Assembly: GCA_004195615.1 (NCBI GenBank)
Contig: PSPW01000001.1
Coordinates: forward strand, 765-64,764
DNA length: 64,000 nt
Direction: 5' to 3'
DNA from: Methanobacteriota archaeon
GTDB taxonomy: Archaea; Thermoplasmatota; Poseidoniia; Poseidoniales; Thalassarchaeaceae
Made by a program: the position numbers and the translations under genes. Of this stretch, positions 27,136 through 35,765 are shown one piece after another (within the stretch, counting starts at the first letter, position 1; each line of letters begins with the position of its first letter). The notes beneath the pieces were generated by a model. The model worked only from the letters and a program-made list of their open reading frames with translations, had not been told where the DNA came from and did no database searches.

Positions 27136-29256
27136 TTATTCGACAATTTCAGCATCGATAACTTGGTTATGCTGTCTTCTTAAGGAGGAGAGCATCCCCT
27201 CAATCTGATCATCTGAGCGGTATCTGATTAGCACCAGAGAACCTATCCAGGCAGAGGCCACTAGTACGACTAGACCAACCACTGCAGAGGGGGTGCCATT
27301 GGTCGATGGGCCGGATCCTAATCCAACTACTTCGAAGAAGACTGGAAGAGAGTGCGAACCCCCTGATACCGCATGGACTTCCACGGTGTGCTGCCCAATG
27401 GGAAGTTTCTCTGGATTAAGAAGAACGTGCCAAAGGAACGGAGTAAGGGCGCCTATTTCTTCGGGGGAGCTTGAGTAGGTAACCTCTTGCCATGCCCCGT
27501 CATCGATTCTGAAATCGACTCTTTCGATGGGTCCATCTTGCCCCCATGCATGACCAGTGATGTTGATGACCCCCTCGTTTGAGAAGTTTAGACCATGGTT
27601 CTGTAGTTTAGGATCAATTGACTCGGATTGCCCGGACTCATGAAGAAAGATTGCTAGTTCTACGGCAGCCAGTGCGTCAATCATCCCATAGCCGAAATCC
27701 CTATTCCAGTATGGGTCAACTTCGGGTGCACTAGGCTCACCTCTAAGCTCAGAGGTGTGCTTCAGCACCTCCTTAATCTGAAGAGGGGTGAGGTTTGAAT
27801 TTGCCTCCAATACCAGAGCAACAACCCCGCTGACTGATGGGGTCGCATAGGAGGTCCCACTGCCCCTTCCGGTGTAGGTGTTCTGGGATGCATCCCCTCC
27901 GATAAAATTGTTGCAAGAACCACTGCTGACACACCCCTCTGCCTGAACAATATTGGATCCCGGTGCACTAATTTCCGGGATCAGTTCATTGATTGGATTA
28001 CCATCGCCATTGTCCTTCCTAGGTCCTCTGGATGAGTAACTGGCGATTTCGTCATCTGTCCTATTGACCGTGTTCTTGTCATCCGTAGCGGCAACGGTTA
28101 TTGAAAGAGAAGAGGCACTCATCCCAGAAAGGCCATCGTTGTTTTCCCCATCGTTCCCAGCTGCGTTTAAGACTACTATGCCTGCCTCCATTGCCTCGTC
28201 CAATATTCGGCTGTGCATATCAGATCCGTCCGACCCCCCGTCTTCGTGACTGGTAATCCCCCAAGACAGTGAAATTATGTCGATACCATGGCTTTCCTCA
28301 TCAGCACCAGCCCATGCATCGTCCTTGTGATCGATTATCCACTGGAGACCGTTCATCGCCGACTCATAGGCCTCCTGCTCTAGCAAATAGTTCTCGAAAG
28401 GACCAGCGCCGACATCAGTACCAATCCTGACATCGACTAGGCCGGCATCTGGTGCAGAGCCGTAGAATTCGGATTGCGTTCCATCGGCCTCCAGGCCAGT
28501 GGCACTTGCCATCCCCATGCAAGCAGTCCCATGCTGGTTTCCGTCATCTGGGTCGAAGGAGCCATCGTCCTCGCGGCCACCGGCGAGGATGCATTGAGGA
28601 TCGCTATGCAGGTAGCAGACTGCATCATATCCAGCTACAAACTTCCCTACTAAACCAGGATGTTCGTTATCGACTCCAGTATCGACCATTGCGATATTGA
28701 TGCCCTTCCCGGATAGTCCGTAATCCCAAGCCCCAAAGGGATACTCGGAGGAGTTGCTAGCCTTCACTGCCGGAGTCTGCACGTCACCGTAGAAAACGAG
28801 CGAGCCATACCTCTCCACCATGACCACACCGTCAAGTTCTGCGAGTCCCCCAACCTGAGAGGTGTCGATATCTCCTAGCAGGATAGCATCAACGATAGGT
28901 AATTCGAGATGGATGTCGAAGCCCATTGATTTCAGCCCCTGTCTATCTTCATCAGAGACTTCCCGTGAGAATGAAAGTCCGATATTCACTGGACCCGAGG
29001 TAGACTGTATTGAGTCATGAATGCCATTCCTGTCTTCGTCGAGGGACGAAACCTCCCACCACTCAACTTGGGAGTCCCACCAGATGCCTGCCTGCGTCGG
29101 TACTTCGGCACTGTGACCGAGTTCAATCAGTTGAGGGCCGCTGAAATGAGTTGGAGATTCAGAAATGTTAGAGCTCGATGCAGCGATGCTCCCAGACAGG
29201 GGTGAGACCAATAAAATCACCAGTGCCAAAGCGACCGGACAACGATTCATCATCAT
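27136..29256 (-). CDS. Secreted, C-terminally anchored subtilisin-like serine protease (S8)
   Basis: Catalytic triad motifs IAMVDTGVDNEHPGL, HGTACMGMA and GSGTSYATPSVSGVVAL. N-terminal signal peptide and a C-terminal TM. Confidence 0.9.
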   Translation of the reverse strand: MMMNRCPVALALVILLVSPLSGSIAASSSNISESPTHFSGPQLIELGHSAEVPTQAGIWWDSQVEWWEVSSLDEDRNGIHDSIQSTSGPVNIGLSFSREVSDEDRQGLKSMGFDIHLELPIVDAILLGDIDTSQVGGLAELDGVVMVERYGSLVFYGDVQTPAVKASNSSEYPFGAWDYGLSGKGINIAMVDTGVDNEHPGLVGKFVAGYDAVCYLHSDPQCILAGGREDDGSFDPDDGNQHGTACMGMASATGLEADGTQSEFYGSAPDAGLVDVRIGTDVGAGPFENYLLEQEAYESAMNGLQWIIDHKDDAWAGADEESHGIDIISLSWGITSHEDGGSDGSDMHSRILDEAMEAGIVVLNAAGNDGENNDGLSGMSASSLSITVAATDDKNTVNRTDDEIASYSSRGPRKDNGDGNPINELIPEISAPGSNIVQAEGCVSSGSCNNFIGGDASQNTYTGRGSGTSYATPSVSGVVALVLEANSNLTPLQIKEVLKHTSELRGEPSAPEVDPYWNRDFGYGMIDALAAVELAIFLHESGQSESIDPKLQNHGLNFSNEGVINITGHAWGQDGPIERVDFRIDDGAWQEVTYSSSPEEIGALTPFLWHVLLNPEKLPIGQHTVEVHAVSGGSHSLPVFFEVVGLGSGPSTNGTPSAVVGLVVLVASAWIGSLVLIRYRSDDQIEGMLSSLRRQHNQVIDAEIVE

Positions 29257-29330
29257 GATGCGGACAGGCGTATGTCTTCAATCCAACCGAAATTAGAGCA
29301 TGGACGAGATGCTTAGCTAAAGGATCAATG

Positions 29331-29519
29331 TGGTGGGGGCACTGGGATTTGAACCCAGATCAGCGGGTTTCTTCCGCTTAGCGTGCACCCGGCTCGCGCA
29401 CGCTCTCGGTTTGCGACGGGTCGGTGCTCCAGTTGCTCATCAAAGCCATCAGAATACCTCCTCGTCGTCATTCCCGTGCAACTGGAGCCCGCGGTACTAC
29501 CAGGTTATACTATACCCCC
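29331..29519 (-). tRNA. tRNA-Trp(CCA) with a 113-nt intron (29369-29481) at the canonical 37/38 site; CCA encoded
   Basis: Hand fold: acceptor GGGGGTA/TGCCCCC, D arm GTAT..GTAC, anticodon stem GCGGG/CCCGC, loop CT-CCA-G|intron|A, T arm CTGGG-TTCAAAT-CCCAG. The mature length is 76 nt. Confidence 0.9.
29412..29480 (-). ncRNA. Box C/D guide RNA embedded in the tRNA-Trp intron
   Basis: C box ATGACGA, 12-nt spacer, D' CTGA, C' TGATGA, 12-nt spacer GCAACTGGAGCA, D-like CCGA. Terminal stem CACGGG/CCCGTCG. The second spacer is complementary to the anticodon loop GCTCCAGTT. Confidence 0.7.
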
Positions 29520-29574
29520 AAGGGTGGTTGAGAGAACGGTTTCCCTCTTATGATGCTCTCGGTCCGGAGATGTC

Positions 29575-31935
29575 TCAATAAGAAAATGCCAAAAGCCCCA
29601 TAAAGATACTTATTAGCGTCCAGAAGCCCATTATTGCGACTGAAACGCCCCATGCCCTCGGGCGGATTCCGACACTAAGCAGACCAATGATTGCGGTGTA
29701 CTTTCCAAGCAAGAGGGGTAGCGATCTAAATATAGAGACAGCCAATCCTGCTGAAATCCCGAATCCAATTAGCATCAACGGAGAGAGGGCCGTGCCAAGA
29801 ATGCCGGATCTTGCCATCGATCCGACACCCTGTGCAATCATCGAGGGATCGATGATCCAAGCAAGCCAAGCAAGCCATAATCCGAGGTAGACATCTTCGG
29901 AAAATCTCTTGCCCCCCCTCCAGACCCTGTATTTCCGACCCATTCGTGAATGGAGAAAACGAGAAAAGTGCTCAATTTCGATAATTCTACCTCGAGTCAG
30001 CATCGAAACTCCATGATACACCATGATTATGGACAATAATATCTCGAGGAAGATCCAATGAGAACCTAGACCAAGTGCCGAGAGTATTGCTATGGGTGCG
30101 GCCCATGCCAAGAATCCGGAAGATGAAGCGCCCATAGTCATGAAGATCCCAACACCGGGAATCAAAGCCTCTTCGGGAGCCTCGTACCTCTTCTCACTGG
30201 GCATTGAAAGGACCAGCAAAGGAAGGAGTGAAAGTCCTGTCACCATTGAAAGCAAATCCAAGGGTGATTTGCCAGAACCGAAGGATGCACCTTCGGAAGC
30301 TGATTGGATGTCCGAAGGAGACATTGAACCTGGAGACCAAGAGACAATGAATCCGGCCGAGTCGATGACAAACACGGAATCGGTCGGACCGCTTGGCAGA
30401 GAGTTTCCAACTGTCCCATCATCGAGTAGTAAGGGCCACGAGCCATTTATCTCCAATGAGAAATCATCCAAGTCGTAGGCCTTCACATCCTCTCCGGTTG
30501 CTATCTGAGCAAATGATGCGGACAGACCATCAATAGCCAAGATCTTCTCTGCTGACTCGAAGTCAGACATCTGCCTCTTGGCGTTGGGGGAGCCCGGAGT
30601 GAACAACCCGACCACTGCTACGTCTGAGTCGTCCAATAATCCAGACAGTGATTCTGCACCGGATTCTGGATTATGAGTAAGGAGAATAAAATTGGGTGCG
30701 GCAGAGCCCTCTCGAAAATTATTAGAGTCAATCTCAGGAAGGCTGAGGGCAGAAACAGAAGATGCTATGGCGAGGAGTAAAATCGCTCCGTAAGCGGGTA
30801 ATGGGAGTTGGCCGCCCCTCATCGAAACTCCCACCCATGCAATCATGCCAAGGAAGACGGATGCGGCTGCTGCTGCAGAACCTAGGATCGGGGATTTATC
30901 AGCAGGTACGCTGAATCGTAAAAGGACCCAGGAGTGGCAAGTCTCTCCCGGATCTTGGTCGGAAAGGACGAGACATGCATCAAGCATGTAGTCACCGGGC
31001 GAAAGGGGCCGATCGGTAATCCAATTGAGGACGGTTCTATTCCCTTCTCCCTTTGAGAAACCATCAGGCAACTCGAAGTGATCGACCCAAGTGTCCTCGT
31101 AGTGTTTTCCATGCCTCATTTCCGACCATGGCATCGGTCCGACTAACTCGATTGACTGTGTGGAAAAATCAGTGACCCCCCATGGGGAGAAAGGTGTGAA
31201 CTCTATCCTTGCCATCCTATTTTGATCCACGATCACATCCAATTCTGTCTCGACGATGTGCCCGTCGAATACCACTCCTGTTCTGGCATCGTATGTCCCC
31301 CACCACAGGGTCCCGGAGACGGCACATTCGTGTCTAACTTGTATGGATAGACGAATTTCCTCTCCCGAATTCATCGAGATGTTCACATTTTCTGCTCGGA
31401 CCTCAAAGATGTGAGGATCGGTCCTATCCTTGCTCATAACAATGGATTCGGTATCGGCACCAGAGATAGCAGATATCCCCCCCATTGTAAGGGAAATGGA
31501 GAACTGCGTCTCGGAACCGAGTGGACCCCCCACTGGAAGATCTGACATTAAGCAAATATTACTGGCCGACTCCAGAGACGCGAATAGTCTGACGGATATG
31601 TTCCCCTCGAACTTGAATGGTTCTTGAGTTTGCGAAGAGAAGGCATCCACGATGGTGGGAAGAGTGAACGAGCTTGACTTGGAAAATGACACACTTCCGG
31701 AGGGAAGGCCAGTGACTGTGGTCCAGTTCCTATCTAGAAACTGATTTTCTTCGCCCCCCTTGAGGAACATCATGTGTTGATCGGGGTACGAGAAGTCGAG
31801 ACCCGGCCCCTCGTAGGCGGTTTGGTTCTGGGCAATACCAGGAGATGATGCCACTAGGATAATTGTGAGAACGGCGGAGATGAAAAGTGGAATCCTTCGC
31901 AAATGCATTTTATCCACCATTGGTTTCTGCCTCAA
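29575..31935 (-). CDS. Large membrane protein: signal peptide, exodomain, CxxC-less thioredoxin-fold-like segment and polytopic C-terminal domain
   Basis: 786-aa track ORF. The segment VAVVGLFTPGSPNAKRQM...WPLLLDDG...VFVIDSAGFIVS resembles a TlpA fold without cysteines. There are many TM-like helices. Confidence 0.6.
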   Translation of the reverse strand: MRQKPMVDKMHLRRIPLFISAVLTIILVASSPGIAQNQTAYEGPGLDFSYPDQHMMFLKGGEENQFLDRNWTTVTGLPSGSVSFSKSSSFTLPTIVDAFSSQTQEPFKFEGNISVRLFASLESASNICLMSDLPVGGPLGSETQFSISLTMGGISAISGADTESIVMSKDRTDPHIFEVRAENVNISMNSGEEIRLSIQVRHECAVSGTLWWGTYDARTGVVFDGHIVETELDVIVDQNRMARIEFTPFSPWGVTDFSTQSIELVGPMPWSEMRHGKHYEDTWVDHFELPDGFSKGEGNRTVLNWITDRPLSPGDYMLDACLVLSDQDPGETCHSWVLLRFSVPADKSPILGSAAAAASVFLGMIAWVGVSMRGGQLPLPAYGAILLLAIASSVSALSLPEIDSNNFREGSAAPNFILLTHNPESGAESLSGLLDDSDVAVVGLFTPGSPNAKRQMSDFESAEKILAIDGLSASFAQIATGEDVKAYDLDDFSLEINGSWPLLLDDGTVGNSLPSGPTDSVFVIDSAGFIVSWSPGSMSPSDIQSASEGASFGSGKSPLDLLSMVTGLSLLPLLVLSMPSEKRYEAPEEALIPGVGIFMTMGASSSGFLAWAAPIAILSALGLGSHWIFLEILLSIIMVYHGVSMLTRGRIIEIEHFSRFLHSRMGRKYRVWRGGKRFSEDVYLGLWLAWLAWIIDPSMIAQGVGSMARSGILGTALSPLMLIGFGISAGLAVSIFRSLPLLLGKYTAIIGLLSVGIRPRAWGVSVAIMGFWTLISIFMGLLAFSY

Positions 31936-31963
31936 ACTGAATGTTCAATCCTTCGTCTCCATG

Positions 31964-32704
31964 CTACAGGAACCTCGTTGCGACGAAAAGCGCCATCAGG
32001 GACCCAGAAAGTGTGGAAATGAAGTTCACGCTATGCTTGCCGAGGAATCCCCTATTCTCCAGAATGGCACCTAGTATGGAATCCACTTGACACCCAAGCC
32101 AGCCAAACAATATTACTGCCGGGAAGAAGATTTCAAGTGGTAACCTGTCTCCGTTAATTGCACCCATTATCGAGGAAACTACGGCGATTAGGAGGGCGCC
32201 GTAGAAGGCGGCCAAAGTCCCAGTTGGCGACATCCCCCCGTTCGTCCCTGCAGGGACTGCCTCCAAGGTCGTGATAATTCGAGTCCTAGGATCCAGGCTG
32301 CCTATCTCCGAGGCTAGTGTATCCGACGCAGCCACGGAAACTGCTGAACAAAGAAGGAAGTATGACCATTCATGGCCGCCGACTAAATAATGGCCGATGG
32401 CAACGATACTGGCAATTCCGCCATTAGCCAAGACATTCTTCCACCCCCTGACTCCGTCGTTGGCTTCCTCGGCTGAGATTAGGGCCTTCTCATCAAACCT
32501 CCACTTGGTTGCCATTGAGCCAACTATTAGGAATGTCATTAGGACGACCAACCATGTCCAATGCCCCAGTAGAGAGATGGTCAGACCGACGACTAAGGCT
32601 GCCAATAGTCCGCCTTTGTCAAGGAGATCCTTCATCATAGAGATTAGCAGAAGTCCTGACACAAGCGCAAGCGAGATGGCGAGATCGACCCCGAGTTCTA
32701 CCAT
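31964..32704 (-). CDS. DUF92/TMEM19-family integral membrane protein
   Basis: GWKNVLANGG, SDTLASEIG and TNGGMSPTGTLAAF motifs typical of COG1836/DUF92. Confidence 0.75.
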   Translation of the reverse strand: MVELGVDLAISLALVSGLLLISMMKDLLDKGGLLAALVVGLTISLLGHWTWLVVLMTFLIVGSMATKWRFDEKALISAEEANDGVRGWKNVLANGGIASIVAIGHYLVGGHEWSYFLLCSAVSVAASDTLASEIGSLDPRTRIITTLEAVPAGTNGGMSPTGTLAAFYGALLIAVVSSIMGAINGDRLPLEIFFPAVILFGWLGCQVDSILGAILENRGFLGKHSVNFISTLSGSLMALFVATRFL

Positions 32705-32787
32705 ATTGACGAGTTGTCGTTCACAACTGCGGTCATGAAAGATTCGGAGTAGTTTTCGGGATTAGTTCGAATTTTCAGGCAGTTGGG

Positions 32788-34356
32788 TTACTCGAGAGAG
32801 TTTACACCTCTGATTACTCCTCTTGCAACAAGTAGAACGGAACAAATCAGAAAGATTACCCATGAGAGCATAATCAATGTCGCTCCTCCTTCTCCCATCC
32901 CGAGCCACGTTGGGGCATAGAATGACAAGAATGAGCTGCCGTTCCAGAAAGAGTGCCCGACTATTGAGAGGGCGATTGCCGCGGGAATTCTCTTTGGAGT
33001 TTGAATTCCTCTCGGAGTTTGTGAAACCGGAATCCTTTCGTAAGTTAGGGAGAAGTCTTCTATTCCCAGTTTGAGTCCTGTTTCTGCCACCCCCGTATCA
33101 TTTCCAAGGATAATCCATGGATTGATTTCGTCCATTTCTTCGAGGGATGCTTTGCTGATTGCCTCTTCAAGGGTGGGGTGAAAACCGTCGAATCCCGAGA
33201 GATCTCCATCTCCGTCGGTATCTATCCCTATTCCCTCTGCCATGTCGATTGCGGAAATGGCCATTGATTTGGCCTTCCATGAGAGTTTTGCTTTGAGTTC
33301 CTTGTCAGTGGCCATCCAACCAATTGCGGTCCCCGAAATCGCAGTCCAAACCGCATGTCCGGGAATCGATCCGATGCCCCTGACCAAGATTGTGATCGAG
33401 ACCGAGAGTGCACCGTCAAGAAGTGAGATTCCGATGTATTGGAAGTTCTCAATCAATGCGAATCCCAGTCCTACTGTGAAACCAACTTGGAAGCCATGCT
33501 TGGGACCTGTGATATATGGGAGGAACAAGGCAACCGCCATTGCTTTGAAAATCTCCTCGCAGAAGGGTGCTCCGGCTGCAAGGAGCAAAAACTCGTATGC
33601 CCATTGATCCGGTTCGAAAGGAATAATCTCGGGGACGATTAGTGAATTGAAGATGGAGGCAGGGAAGGCAGAGGCCATTCCAGCCATCAGCCATGCCTCG
33701 GCATCCCTCCTCCTAGTTGGCAGGCCCAGTAACTTGTTCGAAGTCCCCCACCATGCCAGAACGGGAAGGGAAAACCCGACGAACCAGATTGGAACCGCAA
33801 GTAGTAGGAAAAGGATGACTCCTCCGACTTCAGAAACTGTCAGCATCAATATCGAGATGCTTATTCCAGCCGAAACAACGGCAGCGAATAACCCCCATAG
33901 TTGCCTATTGGGGGGGACATCCAGAATCGAGTCGTCTTTCACTAAGAATCGAGTTAGCTTTGTCTTCATCGGGGTTCTCAGAGATCCCCCTTCTGGAAGT
34001 GCGTGGGCTTCGGAACCAGATGCGTCTGAAACCGCAAGACGAACGTGGACAAGCCGTGGTTTGTGGAGACTCAAGATCAAGAAAACCAGAGGTGCACTGC
34101 AGATTCCAGAAACTAGCACCAAACCGGGTTCAAGGCTGATTGCTCCGATTACTAGGAAATGTAGCACATACATCAAGAAGAACGCAGGGATTACCGTCCC
34201 CAACATTCTGAGGTAAACTCCCCAAGGCTTGCTGGTTCTTGCAATCCTGAGATTGCTAGGCGGCTCACTTAGGGGTTCTGGATGCTTAATCCGATACATA
34301 CGACCCATTTGATCGATGAATACTCTCTCGTCTTGCATGCTCTCACCCGGTGCCAC
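32788..34356 (-). CDS. PrsW-like intramembrane metalloprotease with long N-terminal membrane extension
   Basis: FCEEIFKAMAV (EExxK), GFALIENFQY, GHAVWTAISG and HSFWNG. Confidence 0.7.
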   Translation of the reverse strand: MAPGESMQDERVFIDQMGRMYRIKHPEPLSEPPSNLRIARTSKPWGVYLRMLGTVIPAFFLMYVLHFLVIGAISLEPGLVLVSGICSAPLVFLILSLHKPRLVHVRLAVSDASGSEAHALPEGGSLRTPMKTKLTRFLVKDDSILDVPPNRQLWGLFAAVVSAGISISILMLTVSEVGGVILFLLLAVPIWFVGFSLPVLAWWGTSNKLLGLPTRRRDAEAWLMAGMASAFPASIFNSLIVPEIIPFEPDQWAYEFLLLAAGAPFCEEIFKAMAVALFLPYITGPKHGFQVGFTVGLGFALIENFQYIGISLLDGALSVSITILVRGIGSIPGHAVWTAISGTAIGWMATDKELKAKLSWKAKSMAISAIDMAEGIGIDTDGDGDLSGFDGFHPTLEEAISKASLEEMDEINPWIILGNDTGVAETGLKLGIEDFSLTYERIPVSQTPRGIQTPKRIPAAIALSIVGHSFWNGSSFLSFYAPTWLGMGEGGATLIMLSWVIFLICSVLLVARGVIRGVNSLE

Positions 34357-34454
34357 TCAGATCGCCCATCACTCGCGATGCCCGAAGCATCCGGTACGAT
34401 TCCTCATCACTGTGGCGTCCCGTGGAAGACGGGGGGTAATATTGGGGTTTGGCA

Positions 34455-34640
34455 TTAACCGATTACTCCGCACGAGATACAGAAAGTCTCGCTTCTGACT
34501 TCGTCCCTCTTCATGCTCCATTGACCGCAGGATGGACAGCGTGGGAGCCTCCTTTTTTTCGAGGCTGCGGATCGGATGGACTTTGGTTTCCGAGACTTTG
34601 GGACGGCCCACCCCTTCTTCGGGCGCCTGACCTTTGGCAT
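34455..34640 (-). CDS. 61-aa basic protein ending in a TFB/TFIIB-type zinc ribbon
   Basis: Internal ATG of track ORF 34455-34748. MPKVRRPKKGWAVPKSRKPKSIRSAASKKRRLPRCPSCGQWSMKRDEVRSETFCISCGVIG. Confidence 0.45.
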   Translation of the reverse strand: MPKVRRPKKGWAVPKSRKPKSIRSAASKKRRLPRCPSCGQWSMKRDEVRSETFCISCGVIG

Positions 34641-34735
34641 GCACATGGAAGGGAGGGGGAACTCAAGAAATTGACTGATGAATGGTGGCGTCTTTTTCTG
34701 GACGCTAATCATAAGCCAGACGTATATCCGATGGC

Positions 34736-35677
34736 ATGCACTGCACAATTGTCGGAGCAGGAGTATCTGGACTATCTTCCGGAATTAGACTCATAGAGAG
34801 TGGCCATGATGTTCAGATTGTATCGGACAAGTTCAGCCCCGAGACGGTGTCTGATGTTGCCGCCGCAATTTGGTATCCCTTTCTGGTGAAACCGGCAGAC
34901 AAAGCCGGCACTTGGGGAATTGTGACCTATGGCGTTCTCGAGGAGCTTTGTGAGGGAGCTCCAGAAGCAGGCGTGAAAATGAGGGATGGGCGAGAATACC
35001 TGAGAGAGGTTGTTGACCTGCCTCCATGGAAGGATGACATAGTCGCATTCAGAATCCTGGAAGAAGGGGAAATCCCCGAGGGGTATGTCTTCGGTTGGGA
35101 GTTCAGAGCACCGGTTATTGAGATGCCATTGTATATGCCATGGCTGAATGCTAGGTTCGAAGAGAAAGGGGGCACATTCAAGCAAGGATTTGTCAAAAAC
35201 CTACAAGATCTGGAGGGAGATATCGTTGTGAACTGTGTTGGACTGGGTGCAAGAGAGCTATGCGATGACATGGAAATCAAACCAGCAAGAGGTCAAATCA
35301 TTTTCATCGACCAGGACCCTGGGATAGGCCATTTTGATCAGCAACCAGAGACTCTGACATACACCATTCCCAGGAGTGACGTAACCGTCCTTGGAGGTAC
35401 TGCGCAAGTAGATGATTGGGATCTAGAAATTAGAGATGAGGAAAATGATTTGATCCTGAGCAAGGTAGAGGCGATTTGGCCTGAATTGGATAGGAGCAAG
35501 ATTATCGGAGGGGCAGTCGGCCTGAGACCTTCAAGAACTGAAGTTAGGTTGGAAGAAGAGAATATTGACGGTGTCCGAGTCATCCACAACTACGGCCACG
35601 GGGGTGCTGGAGTCACTTTGTCATGGGGATGCGCTGACGAGGTAGTTTCAATTGCTGAGAGCAGAAAGGAATCGTGA
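34736..35677 (+). CDS. D-amino-acid oxidase family FAD oxidoreductase
   Basis: N-terminal IVGAGVSGLSSG dinucleotide fold. VIHNYGHGGAGVTLSWGCA fits the DAAO signature as I remember it. Confidence 0.85.
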   Translation: MHCTIVGAGVSGLSSGIRLIESGHDVQIVSDKFSPETVSDVAAAIWYPFLVKPADKAGTWGIVTYGVLEELCEGAPEAGVKMRDGREYLREVVDLPPWKDDIVAFRILEEGEIPEGYVFGWEFRAPVIEMPLYMPWLNARFEEKGGTFKQGFVKNLQDLEGDIVVNCVGLGARELCDDMEIKPARGQIIFIDQDPGIGHFDQQPETLTYTIPRSDVTVLGGTAQVDDWDLEIRDEENDLILSKVEAIWPELDRSKIIGGAVGLRPSRTEVRLEEENIDGVRVIHNYGHGGAGVTLSWGCADEVVSIAESRKES

Positions 35678-35765
35678 TGGAGGCAATCTCGGAAGCTAGG
35701 CTATAGGTTGGGCTGGCCCTCAAGCAGACTGAGGACAACGTCATCCCTCATCTGCTCTCTAAAGA

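Noticed and set aside
29452-29463. The D' guide of the tRNA-Trp intron (CGAGGAGGTATT) contains AGGAGGT, which could pair with the 16S rRNA 3' end (anti-SD)
   Set aside because: Only about 7 nt would match the generic ACCTCCT sequence, the rRNA of this organism is not in the window, and the resemblance is easily coincidental. It is kept as an orphan guide.
29330-29581. 83-aa plus-strand ORF
   Set aside because: It is simply the antisense of the intron-containing tRNA-Trp gene.
34369-34796. Alternative ORFs 34369-34644(-) and 34449-34796(+) overlapping the Zn-ribbon mini-gene
   Set aside because: Neither has a recognisable motif. The frame with CPSCG...CISCG is the only one with a structural signature, although the coding status of this locus remains uncertain.
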